A stretch of DNA of 63,937 nucleotides, filler included, from Octopus bimaculoides (GCF_001194135.2; 5 parts of 4 records of this genome joined end to end with filler, not necessarily neighbours in it), one strand, 5' to 3'. Positions 49,805 to 62,019 are shown, counted from the whole stretch's first letter. The notes: a model not told the origin generated them from the sequence alone. Made by a program: numbers and translations.

Positions 49805-50465
49805 GGATCTTGTTCAAAACGGGTGCACCAGTATTTTCTTAACGAAACACTTTGAAACTTGGGACACTGGTAGAATGTGTCATATAAAACATCTTTTTCT
49901 CTTAGTCTTCTTAACAAAAAAAAAAAAAAAAACGTACATCGCAAGTTATTTCATGTTAAAGTTGTCGTATTTCTGTAATTTCAACCAATGACTGACGTCC
50001 ATTCAGCCGTAAAAATTAAGTGCTGACTACGTAAACAAACGATTCTCGGCGGTGATAAAATTATTATTTCCTTGTCAAAAAATGGCTGAAGCATATTGGC
50101 AGTAGCTAATAAACCTTTCTATTATAGGCACAAGGCATGGTTTTTGAGGGAAGGAGCAAGTCGGTTAGGGAAAACGAACACACGTGTGTTGCCTCTGCAA
50201 AATGTCAGAAGTAATGGAGATTAAATACGCTTTACACCGCTTAAATTGCCAAAGGAGTAAGTGTAAACAGCTGAATACTTGTTAGTGAATGGTTGAAATT
50301 ATCGAAATAAGACAATTTTTTACATGAAATAAATCCGAATACAAAAATTTTTTTCTGTTCTATAACACAAAATAGATAAGTATACGAAGTTTGAAAGTCT
50401 TTCGGTACCAAAAACACTACATAAAACATAAATGAAAACTGGTGCCCCCGTTTTGAACAAGATCC
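49805..50465. mobile_element. MITE with GG-initiated TIRs of about 28 bp and an 8-bp TSD (Merlin- or hAT-like)
   Basis: GGATCTTGTTCAAAACGGGTGCACCAGT...ACTGGTGCCCCCGTTTTGAACAAGATCC, with flanks cggttgag and tggttgag (7/8). Confidence 0.8.
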
Positions 50466-50619
50466 TGGTTGAGTAAAAAGTGAGCAACGTTTTGAACCAA
50501 GAAGAATTTGTACCGGATTTTTTCAGTTTTGAATATTTTTAGACATTTTCTTGCAATTTCCTGATAATACAGACATAGACTTGCCCAAATGCATCAATAA
50601 ATTAACATTCATATTTTTT

Positions 50620-51360
50620 TCACCGTTGTGACCGAGTTGATCGTGAATTTTGTTTGTGCGAAAGGTTAGTCAAAGTTGTATTTGTTATTAGTTGTGTCTT
50701 AAGACACTTGTTTTTGCTGCCTTACGGCAGTTTTGTTGACACTGTTCCCATTATTTGAAGGGAGAAGCGCTGTTAAAATGGAGAGAATTAGCTACTCAAA
50801 CCTGTCGTCGTCTAAAGAGGAGCTGGTGAACTGTCTAGACGAAATAGATAGAGAGACAGAAAGGAGGAGTTTCGCAGAGGCGGTGAGACGGCAGTCTGAA
50901 GATGCGTGTTTCGAGGGAATTAAAAGATTCCAAGAAATGATGAAAAGGGAGGGGAACAATGTCAATGTATCCCCTCCCAGGGAAACTACCGAAAGGACAG
51001 CCAAAAGAACGGTGTTGTATAGAACATACTATGTAAGACTGCATCGGATAGAGTTGGCTACGAGAGCTGAAGTGGAAAGGTCTCTGCAGATCATTTGGAA
51101 AGAGATTGGTTACCCAGCAAGGGGGAAGAAAGTTCGAAACGGTGGAGGTGTGGTTTGCGTCCGAGGCTGTGGCCAGGTAGCATGTCGTTACGCCCCTCAA
51201 GACGGAAGAGGTGGTCCTTCTCCCTATTTACCTGGGAAGACATGCTTCTCGGGTAAGTGTAGATGATATCCCTCCCGAGGTGGATGTTACCCGGTTAGTA
51301 GCCGCCATCCTACTTGGTATAGAGAACCAGGCAAAAATAATTTCCAGATGTGCGAGAGAT
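50620..51360 (+). mobile_element. Probable LINE ORF1 (L1/Tx1-like) 5' fragment
   Basis: Charged, coiled-coil-like N-terminus (SFAEAVRRQSEDAC...), then RRM-like segments TVEVWFASEAVAR and LPIYLGRHASRVSVDDIPPEVD across a frameshift. Confidence 0.45.
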
Positions 51361-51384
51361 GAAGAAAGTAAAAAAAAAAAAAAA

Positions 51385-51570
51385 CCCACTGAGGCATTAG
51401 AAGGAATCACTTCGCAAGAGTTCCAGCACTGCTTCGAACAGTGGAAAACGAGCCAGGACCGATGCATTGCTTCAAATGGAGAATACTTTGAAGGCGATAA
51501 AAGTGTAAACATTTAAAACTAAGTGAGTAAAATAATATTGCAAAATTCCGGTTTCTTTTGGGTATCCCTT
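51385..51570 (+). mobile_element. Mariner transposase C-terminus and 3' TIR
   Basis: ALEGITSQEFQHCFEQWKTSQDRCIASNGEYFEGDK*, followed by TIR-like aattccggtttcttttgggtatccct. Confidence 0.8.
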
Positions 51571-52541
51571 TGTATATATGTGTGTGTACCTGCGTAAATG
51601 TGTGTATGCGTTTGTTTAAGCGCGAGTATTTGTATTTGTGTCTTTGCAAATGTGTGTGTGCATGCGTGTGCGCGTGTATATGCGTGTATGTGTGTTTGTG
51701 TAAATATGTACGTTTGTATATGCATCTGTGTAAACGTGTGTGGTTGCGTTAGCGATTGTTTGTGTGTGCTTGTGTAAATGTGTGTGTGTGTTTGTGTGTG
51801 CTTGTGTAAATGTGTGTGTGTGTGCTTGTGTGTGTCAGTGTAAATGAATGTGTTTGAGTGTGTTTCTGAGTAAACGTATATATGTGTATGTAAATGTGTG
51901 TCTTTGTGCATGTGTAAACTTGTGTGTATGTCTAAACTTGTGTGTGTGTGTGGTGTGTGTGTGTAAACTCTGTGTGTGTGCGTGTGTGTGCTGCATGTGC
52001 GTATATATGGCTGTGTGAAAGTTTGTATGTGTATGTGTCCAAACTTGTCAAATATATTTTAATGAATCATTAATTTTATGTACAAAATGAAAATCTTTGA
52101 ATGATATTGAGAGAGATGGAAAGAAATAACGAGTGAGAGAGAGAGAGAGAGAGGGAGTGTGTATTTGTATATTTGTATGTGAGTAAGTAGGTGACAAAGA
52201 CAATTAATCTTTAAGATTAGTAGTAAAGTTCAAGCTAATATGAAGGTAACTATATTAATATGTACGTACGCATGCACATAACGCATTTATACACATATAT
52301 GCTAAAGTACAAAGACAAGCTCAAATCTAGTTCATCACAAACACATTTGATAAAACTGCACTGAATCATAATGAATAGTGGCTAACTTGCTATAAAGCAA
52401 GTATAAATTAAGGCACCTGAATCATCTTAAAAGACAGAACAAAGAAAAAGAATCGAACGTGCTCGCCGTTTTGTATAAGAAACCGTTTTGATGTCCAATT
52501 GAACAATCTGTAGACTTGTCTGTAAATCATTAGGACACACA

Positions 52542-52654
<113 letters not shown>

Positions 52655-52656
52655 TA

Positions 52657-52692
<36 letters not shown>

Positions 52693-52899
52693 GTAGATAG
52701 TTTGATAGATATAAACATATTGGTGGGTGGGAGGTACATGGCGTTGACCAAAGAACAAATGATACAATCAGTGACAATCTCTTGAAAAGGACTCATGTTG
52801 ATTTCTTATAAATGTATTATTCGAAACACAATATTTGAATTCTTGTCACTGAAATACATGTTTCAAAAGCCTATTATCTATAGGCAGACATTTCCCATT

Positions 52900-53700
52900 G
52901 AAAGTCTTCATCATAAACTTTTAAGGGTTTCAAACTTTGAGCATTGACATAAAGATTTTTATTGTTTCCAACACGTCATGATCTGAAAAAAGTAGCTGTT
53001 CATGTGTGAAGCAGGGTTCTTCCAGCCGCAAATCACTTACTTTCAATGTTTGACCTTCGGATTTTTTGTGGTCATTGTAAAACTTAGCCGTATTGGAATT
53101 TGACGTCTCTTGAAGTGGGATAGCTTATCAGCAGAAATGACAAGTAATTTGTAAATGAATATATCTTGTAAGCCATATCTGCAAAATATTCTAATCTCAA
53201 TAGTAAAACATAGATTCCTAGCAGCCTTTCTTGTTCTATTGCGCAGGCATAGTGGATCTCACGATGGGTGTCCTAACTTAAAGATTGAGTCAATATTACG
53301 GGACTCTTGGAAGGTCACAGGCGAATTTACAAACTCAGTTGGATAGTTGATCACCTGAGTTAGATAAGGATCTATATCAGTGAACTATTAACACTGGTAC
53401 TTTCTGGGTATTGGCAGCAAAAGTCATGATAAAAAACCTTAAGTTGATTTGCTCGAGTACCCCTTGGAATAATAAGCAATGTTTTACCGAAACCCTTTGC
53501 CAAAATCAAAGAGTTTCCTCCAGTTATCATTTTGTTTCCATGCATGTCTTAATGTCCAATTCATAAGTTGTAATGATATTGTGTGTGATATTGAAAATTC
53601 AGCTCTCACAAATATTCAATATTTTCTTAGATAGTATTCCATTATACCATTTAGTTTCAGAATTTTCGTCCGTCTCTTATGTATAACCAAGGGCGACAGT
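52900..53700 (-). mobile_element. Helitron Pif1-like helicase C-terminal remnant
   Basis: LLIIPRGTRANQLK, INYPTEFVNS, LCLRNRTR, FKRRQIPIRLSFTMTTKKSEGQTLK...EEPCFTHEQL, matching the FPVRLAFAMTINKAQGQ and CFSHGQLYV motifs. Confidence 0.8.
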
Positions 53701-53794
53701 ACTAAAAGAAAAATAGTCCTGGTTAACTGAGAAATTTAGGAAGTTGGGCACAATAAATGCCGAGGCAGCTTTTGTTTACAATGGTTTGAGTTTT

Positions 53795-54112
53795 ACAGTT
53801 CTATATTTAAGAGATGAGGAATTATGTGCATTATTTACATTGTTTACATTCAACGGATATTTGTCCACATCTTGTTTGTTGTTAACACAACGTTTCGGCT
53901 GATATACCCTCCAGCCTTCTTCAGGTGTCTTGGAAAAATTTCGAACCTGGGTTCTCAATCCTAAGGTATTTTTCGATGTTGCTATTATTATTATTATTGT
54001 TGTTATTATTATTATTATTATTATTATTGTTCAGGTCACTGCTTGGAATCGAACTCGCAATCTTGGGGTTAGTAGCACGCGCTTTTAACGACTACGCCAT
54101 ATACCCACGGGC
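53795..54112 (-). mobile_element. tRNA-headed, hammerhead-containing non-autonomous retroelement (candidate SINE-like retrozyme)
   Basis: A-box tggcgtagtcgtt (54087-54099), B-box gagttcgattcc (54046-54057), an (AAT)n linker, then an HHR at 53884-53929. Confidence 0.7.
53884..53929 (-). ncRNA. Minimal type I hammerhead ribozyme
   Basis: gacac-CTGAAGA-A-GGCTG-gagggtatat-CAGCC-GAAACGTT-gtgtt. Stem I is gacac/gtgtt, stem II is 5 bp, and palindromic AACGTT replaces stem III. Confidence 0.75.
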
Positions 54113-54120
54113 ATATGACA

Positions 54121-54222
54121 TAGTGACCTGAACAACAACAACAACAACAACAATAATGATAATAATAATAACATCGAAAAATACCTTAGGAATGAGAACC
54201 CAGGTTCGAAATTTCCCCAAGA
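54121..54222 (+). repeat. Inverted partial copy of 53929-54040
   Basis: agtgacctgaac(aac)n...aacatcgaaaaataccttaggaatgagaacccaggttcgaaatttccccaaga. Confidence 0.9.
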
Positions 54223-54451
54223 TTCTTGCTGCTTCCTCCACCACACCATACACACTTTTCCACCATAGTTATCAGACAAAGGGACATTGGCGACTTTGCC
54301 TTGTAAAAACGCGCGTGTTGAGATCCTCACGATGGACTTGTCCGATTGGTGCATTCGTTCTACACAAGACAACAACTATTCGACATAACTTCACAAGTTA
54401 GCATGCATGTTCACTGCACATGTGCAATAACTCTACAACATATGTAATATA

Positions 54452-54690
54452 GGGAGCTGGCAGAAACGGTAAGCACGCCGGGTGAAATGATTAGCTGTAT
54501 CGTCTGCCGTTACGTTCTGAGTTCAAATTCTACCGAAGTCGACTTTGTCTTTCATCCTTTCGGGGTCGATTAAATAAGTACCAGTTACGCACTGGAGTCG
54601 ATGTAGTCGACTTAATTCTTTTGTCTGTCCTTGTTTGTCCCCTCTATGTTTAGCCCCCAGTGGGCAATAAAGAAATAAATACAAGGGATT
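54452..54690 (+). mobile_element. SINE family B, full-length
   Basis: ggagctggcagaaacggtaagc...gagttcaaattc...gtctttcatcctttcggggtcgattaaataagtaccag...gggcaataaagaaataa. Confidence 0.9.
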
Positions 54691-57600
54691 GAAAGACTGA
54701 TTAACTGAGATAGTTGAAAGGTATTTAATTTTAGTTCGGTACCTTATATTATGACTACCATCGACAAGCTTAATCACACAAACACACATATATGAACGCG
54801 CGCGCGCGCACACACACACGCACACACACACACACATTGAAAGGTATAAATGAATAAACATTCCAATCGGTCAAAACAACTTTATATCATTCCCAAATTA
54901 TCAGAAATTGAATACAAATATATATTAAAATAATAAGGCACCCAATGGTAAAACCCAATAGTATAAAATATACACATATACACGAATAAAAGGTAATAAA
55001 ACCTATTTCATTATACCTTTCAATTTATTTTTCCTTTCGCCTCGGTGTCACCTGAGCACTTCCAGCTACGCCCTACTTTTATTTTTGCTCTACGGTTTAA
55101 GGAAATTATAAAATTATCCTTTTATATATTGCAAACCAAATTCAAAAACTATATATATATATATATATATAGGANNNNNNNNNNNNNNNNNNNNNNNNNN
55201 NNNNNNNNNNNNNNNNNNTTAATTAATTAANNNNNNNNNNNNNNNNNNNNNNNNNNNNNNNNNNNNNNNNNNNNTATATATATAAATATATATATACATA
55301 CATACCAATGCCATGCGTTAAGAATTTTCAACGCCATTAAGACATCATAACATATACACATATTTTTCCTAGATTTCGAAATATATATTTGTCTTCTTTT
55401 ACTTTTTTTGCTTTTTGTTTGTATGTGTGAGTGTGTGTGCATGCGTAAAGTATTGAAGATGTTTAAAATATCCGCGATGCTTAAAATACAAACCGAAAAC
55501 AAATCGTGCAAATATTCACAACGTGTTAGAAAAAAAATTTGGTTAAGTTTCTTAGTGTTTTAGGGCAAATGAAATAAACAGTCATGATAACAACATAAAA
55601 CATTCAGCTATATTTACTTGTGAAAAGATATCTGGTCCTACACCTACAATTTGTTCTAGTGGAGTGTTTTTGACATTTTCTAGTATATAATAGTATCACG
55701 AATTGAAACAAGACTGACTATAAAATTATACAATGTGTGTTTTAAATAGTTATAATGGCTTGTTTTTTTATGTTGTAATTTTTCCCACATTATAAAGTCA
55801 TCTCTACAGATTTTGTACAGAGATTATAGTCAGCACTGATTTGTTACAACGTTCCATATCCGAATACGTCTTATGTAAACAATGCGATCGACGATCGAAG
55901 AATAAGTAATGGGTGCATATGCAAATGCCAGGAGGTTTTGCTCCTTCATCGATACCACATCCAACTCATTAACCATCCGTGAACTCATTGCTTAAGTAAT
56001 TACTAAATATAGCAGTGTAACACTACTGGATATGCCAATTTTACAAGAAAATCTGTAGAGATAACCTTAAAAAGTGATTTAATAGCTCTGCTAACACGGT
56101 AGAACACAGTATTGACGTATAAAAACATTTAATATCATTTGTAATATATTGTGGTTGCATAACGGAATGCAGTGTCCCAATAAGTAAATAACTGTTTCTG
56201 TGTCATTATACAGTCTGAGATTAAACTACTTGATGTATAAGTGTAGCCACTGAAGAATTAAAGTTATTTAATTTTTATCTTTTAATTTTCACTAGTTTCA
56301 ATCACATGACTGCGGCCATGCTGGGGCACAGCTTTGAAGGGCTTTAGTCGAACAAATCTACCCCAGGACATTTTTTTATTATTTTGTTAAGCCTAGTACA
56401 TATTTTATTGGTCTCTATTCCGTTATTCTTTTTCTCTTTTTAGCGCAACGGTTCATTAGCTAGGTTGTCCGGTTTCCATGGCGTATAAGTGAACGAGATC
56501 ACAACATTATCCCTGGCTCGTTGTGGATTTCAAAGTCAGCCATTTCTGAGGGTAGGTGACAGGTTGATTGCATCAACTGTAGTACTTCACTAATATTCCA
56601 TTTTACCGGCTCCGAAAGGATTAGAAGCTAAGCTGATATCGATGGGATATGAACTCAGCACGTAAAGCACTTTGAAACATGCTACTGAGCATTTTCTCCG
56701 ATATGCTAACGATTCTCCCACTTTGGCCGCCCTATTTGGTAGTTATACAAGATTTTAAACATCAGATTATTTTGAAGTGGATTTATGATATGAAATGCGG
56801 GCAGTCACGAAAATTTAGAAACCTGACCAAAGAATGTCGGTGCCTTCGGGGTTGATAGGTGAAAAGAAGGAAGGAAGGAACGAACGAACGAACGAACGAA
56901 CGAACGAACGAAGGTATCTTCAGACTGGGGACCTGGTCTGGATTCTTTCAACAGAGCGAACTTGATTGAAGGCACTACTTAGGTAATATTAAATTGGGTA
57001 ATGACTTGAGGTATTCACACAAGAGCTCAGAACGCAAAGAGCCGGAGTAAGTACCGCAAGGCACTCCATCCGACGTTCTAATAATTCCGTCTTTCTACTG
57101 CTCTAAATCGTTACATTATTTTATTGATCCCTACAGAATGAAAGACAAAAATTTATTGATTCTCAAGTATTTGTATGTATGTGCTTGTAATTCTTTTGCT
57201 AGAACGGTGTCAGAATTGTTTCGTGTTTTTATGGGGAAACTTATAAATTTCTCTGCTAAATCCATTTACTTTCTGCAGTAGAGTTTCTAGTTGCTTTCAT
57301 TGTTTACCGCATACAACATGAAATTGTCCACATAAAGAGAAAAAAAAAAGAAATCAAGTTGATTTTCCCATTATAGCATTTGTATTCGAATCCAATCTTG
57401 TTTAGCATGTCGGCGAAAGCTGTTACTGGCAAATAGAAAGGAATAGAAAGAGAATCCCTTTAGAATATTTCTTTGCTAACAGGGATGGTTTTATTCTTTA
57501 TAATTTTTGTTTTATTTTCTTTATACCTGCAAAACCGTTTGCATTTTTACGTATGACACGCTTCATATATCTCCTTAACACTAGCGCTACTTTAATCATG

Positions 57601-57715
57601 GCTGATGTGGGGAATACTGTTAAAGGTTTTGTTTGTCAGTTATTGTTGTTGTTGTTGTTGTTGCTGCTGCTGGCTGATGTTGTTGTTATTAATATTGTTG
57701 TTGTTGTTAATGAGA

Positions 57716-57900
57716 AGAGCTGGTAGAATCGTTAGCACGCTGGACAAGATGCTTAGCGGTATTTTGTCTGTCGCTATGTTCTGAGTTCAAATTCTGCTGA
57801 GGTTGACTTTGCCTTTCATCCTTTCGGGGTCGATAAATTAAGTACCAGTGAAACACTGGGATCGATGTGTTCGACTAATCCCCCACCTCAAAAAAGAATT
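57716..57900 (+). mobile_element. SINE family B
   Basis: gagctggtagaatcgttagc...gagttcaaattc...gcctttcatcctttcggggtcgataaattaagtaccag. Confidence 0.9.
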
Positions 57901-57927
57901 TCATTCCTTTATTATTATTATTATTAC

Positions 57928-57982
<55 letters not shown>

Positions 57983-58074
57983 GAGTGTGAGAGCAATACA
58001 TGCCCTCAGAGTGACACTGGGGTATAAATATACGAAGCCCAATATACTCATCATGACTACCCGTCTGTATGTCT

Positions 58075-58440
58075 ATATGTAACCCATAATCCCATAGGAT
58101 GGTAATATTCTCTCCCCCAGTGACTGACTCTGGATGGTGTTCATACCAATTCTTAGGGTGCGCGATATCATAGTGACGGCATATGCTCCAATGCAAATAT
58201 TGGCATACTCGATCATGACTGATTTTATATTTTGCAGGGGCAAGGACTGAACAACCGGTAACAGTGTGGTCAATACTCTGGTCGTTTCAGAGTCTAAACT
58301 TTGAGTCTACCGCATTGTGTGTGACATAAGCTTGATAGTTCCGGGTGAAGTGACTCTGATCATGTGCCGCTAGGATGAATCCTTCTGTTTCGGCTTTCAA
58401 ATCAGCACTCTGCAGCCACTTGGTTCAGCGTGCTAAAAAT
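58075..58440 (-). mobile_element. R4/Dong-like (RLE-clade) LINE fragment: CCHC knuckle region
   Basis: LKAETEGFILAAHDQS..TRNY...SIDHTVTGCSVLAPAKYKISHDRVCQYLHWSICRHY...KNWYEHHPESV...ILWDY. Confidence 0.8.
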
Positions 58441-58469
58441 TTCACCAATTTGCTGCCTTAAGCGCAAAG

Positions 58470-59220
58470 GTTAAAAATGGTTTCAAATTGATACAAAGTC
58501 ATCAAGTTCGAGGGAGGGCTGAGTTGATTACATTGACTCCAGTGCTCAACTGGTGCTTCTGTTTTGGACCCTGAAATGCAAAGTCGACCTAGGCGGAATT
58601 TGAACAGGACTGATGAAATGAAGCCAAGCATTTTACCCGGTGACGAAATTTTTTCCCCATGAGAGTTCCGGACCCCAGTCACGAACTCATTTGCATACAG
58701 CCAATCAGAGCTCAACTATCAAACTAATTTATGAGCGCATAACAAGTGATGGGCGATAAGATAAGATCCCATAGGTAAGGAATGACCACGCTTCTTTTCT
58801 CTTTTCAGAATGCTTGTTGTTCTTGTTCTTGTTTCAACAATGGCTGCCTCTGCGTAGTTATTTGCGTTGTTTTTTACTTTCTAAAACAGTAAGGGGAGAG
58901 GGTTACTAGCACATCACCCTCTACCCATATTTTTCCCATCCACATCTTTACCATATGGGGCCCTAACAAAATCCGATAATAGGTATAGATGCAAATCAAT
59001 CTAAATACTTGTCTCCTTCTAAAATCAGGCATAACTTGACTTACAGCACCGTTCTTCGTCTTGAGTTTACTTGGTAGAATGTGTTTGTTAACTTGACAAC
59101 AAGGTCAAGGTGAGCTCTGATTGGCTGTATGCAAATGAGTTCATTACTGGGGTCCGGAACTCTCGTGTGAAAATAATTTTGCTACCCGGCGTGCTAGCGA
59201 CTCTGCCACTTCACCGACTT
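58470..59220 (-). mobile_element. SINE family B split by a MITE insertion
   Basis: Body at 58470-58640 and head (ggtgaagtggcagagtcgctagcacgccggg) at 59183-59220. Confidence 0.75.
58641..59182. mobile_element. MITE with TIRs of about 75 bp containing octamer and CCAAT motifs
   Basis: gagagttccggaccccagt...ctcatttgcatacagccaatcagagctca at the left and its reverse complement at 59111-59165. Flanking direct repeat tacccgg at 58634-58640 and 59183-59189. Confidence 0.8.
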
Positions 59221-59602
59221 CGAGAGATAATTATCGTAATAATTTTGATTTCAGTCTTCACAAAATGTAATTAACAATTTAACCCGAGTTTCTATTTCAA
59301 ATTCTAAATGAGATCAAGTTCGCTTCACACTGGGGAGAATGCAATCTTCGGAAAGGCATGAATATTACAACATCTCAGCTTTTGTTAACTCTATGAACTT
59401 TCCAAACTTTGTATGTAAATAAAGAAATGAAATATTTTAGAATATCTTGAAAGTTTACCAGACTTTTTTTCTTTTACAATATAAACATTTTAATCGTAAA
59501 TTTTGAATCAGAAACCATTTAAAGGTCAGATTGGTAAAAAAGAAAAAAGAAAAAACATGTCACGAACTTATATATCCATGTGTGTGTTTATGTCTCTCTC
59601 TA

Positions 59603-59657
<55 letters not shown>

Positions 59658-60198
59658 NNNNNNNNNNNNNNNNNNNNNNNNNNNNNNNNNNNNNNNNNNN
59701 NNNNNNNNNNNNNNNNNNNNNNNNNNNNNNNNNNNNNNNNNNNNNNNNNNNNNNNNNNNNNNNNNNNNNNNNNNNNNNNNNNNNNNNNNNNNNNNNNNNN
59801 NNNNNNNNNNNNNNNNNNNNNNNNNNNNNNNNNNNNNNNNNNNNNNNNNNNNNNNNNNNNNNNNNNNNNNNNNNNNNNNNNNNNNNNNNNNNNNNNNNNN
59901 NNNNNNNNNNNNNNNNNNNNNNNNNNNNNNNNNNNNNNNNNNNNNNNNNNNNNNNNNNNNNNNNNNNNNNNNNNNNNNNNNNNNNNNNNNNNNNNNNNNN
60001 NNNNNNNNNNNNNNNNNNNNNNNNNNNNNNNNNNNNNNNNNNNNNNNNNNNNNNNNNNNNNNNNNNNNNNNNNNNNNNNNNNNNNNNNNNNNNNTATATA
60101 TATATATATACACACACATACACATACACACACATATACATACACTTTCGCTTTAGCAGGAAATTGACATGTGCTACATATATATGTACACACACACG

Positions 60199-60233
<35 letters not shown>

Positions 60234-60291
60234 CAGACACAAGTACTTATGAATACACACTCTCCATAAATATTCCTTTCTCAAACATTGC

Positions 60292-60335
<44 letters not shown>

Positions 60336-60976
60336 CACGTATGTTAGTGTGTGTGCATGTACGCGTACATACGTTTGCGTGTATAGTTATATGATCTTGT
60401 TGTGCGAATTTGTGTATGAATCTATAGCAATACTGATATTATTGGCGGTATTGTGGTTCGTTTAAGAAATGATGTAGAGGATGGAGATAAAAGATTTATA
60501 TGTAGAAATTGTTATATAAAAGTGCGACGGTGGTGGACGGAGAGAAATAGCGTCGAAATAACGTCGACGACGGCACGGACGATGGTGGTGGTGGTGGTGG
60601 TGGTGATGTTGACGGTGGTGGAAGCGATGAAAGTTCCAGTACTGGAGATGGTNNNNNNNNNNATCGTCGTCGTCGTCCTCGTCGTCGTCGTCATCGTCGT
60701 CGTGTTCTTCGTCGGCGTCGGGGGTAGCGTTTGGGGAAAGCATTGCAGACAACATTGGCATATAGTTACGATGGAAGGACCATGTTTCATCTTGCTATGA
60801 TATGCTCTGACATTTACTTTAAACACACACACACACACACACCATAAATACGTATAAATTATATATCATTTACACACATTGTACATATACATATATCTAT
60901 ACACATACTTACATATACATACATATATATATATACGTACATATATAGATATACATACATACATACATACATGCAT

Positions 60977-61016
<40 letters not shown>

Positions 61017-61220
61017 CTACATATGTATGTATGTACGGACGAACGTTGAATTCTGTCGAACGAATGAGAGAAGAGTAGTGCTCTATGCATGTCATTGAGT
61101 ATGTTTTATTGAAACTGGTGACGTGTGTTCCTAAATATATATACACACACGTACATACATACATACATGCATGCATGCATACATATATATGTGTTTGTCT
61201 GTGTGTATGTATGTATGTAC

Positions 61221-61271
<51 letters not shown>

Positions 61272-62019
61272 CGTGTGTGTATGTGTATGCGTGAGAGTGC
61301 GTGTGTGTGGGGGGCAGAATTTTATTTAGAATCCACTAACACTAGTTTCGCAGTGCTAAGAAAAGCACACGTGATATTTCAAGAGGATAATAGTTGATTG
61401 GTTGACCCTTTAGAGTGCCGTATAGAATGCGTTGAGATATTTATTCCGGCTACGTACGCCCTGCGTTTGAGAAGAAACATACAGACGCATCCGCACGCGC
61501 ACACACGAACACGCAACACACATATCTATATGTCTATGTATGTATGTATGTGTATATATATGTGTGTATGTACTACATGTTTTGTAATACTTTATGTACT
61601 TGTTTTCAGTTATTTTTGTAAAGATTGTTACCTCCAACACAACAAGTCCTCCCAGTTCAGAGGAACGAATTCTCAATAAATTCGGTCCAATAACTAGTAG
61701 AACGAAGCGAAAGCGTTCATAGTCGAGTCAACCTCAGCAGGATTTGAAGGTCGAACGCAAAAAGCTGAAATTAAACGCAATAGAGGCCATTTTGTCCGCG
61801 ATTGCACTCTCACTGGTGATTGTTTCAGACTAGAAAAGCACATAAAAATGTCCTGCTACATTAAGTAACTTTTCCGAAACACAAGTATTTGTTCCTCATG
61901 CAGAACGAACCCTTGGAAAATGTTTACAAACGCGTGTGCGCACTTACACAGATATATGCATATGTTTGTGTGTGTATGTGTGCGCGTGTGTGTATATATG
62001 CGTGTTTGTATACACACAC

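Noticed and set aside
54040-54112. True tRNA gene (also 30005-30080)
   Set aside because: A and B boxes are present, but the acceptor stem does not pair and there is no poly-T terminator. These are SINE-type heads.
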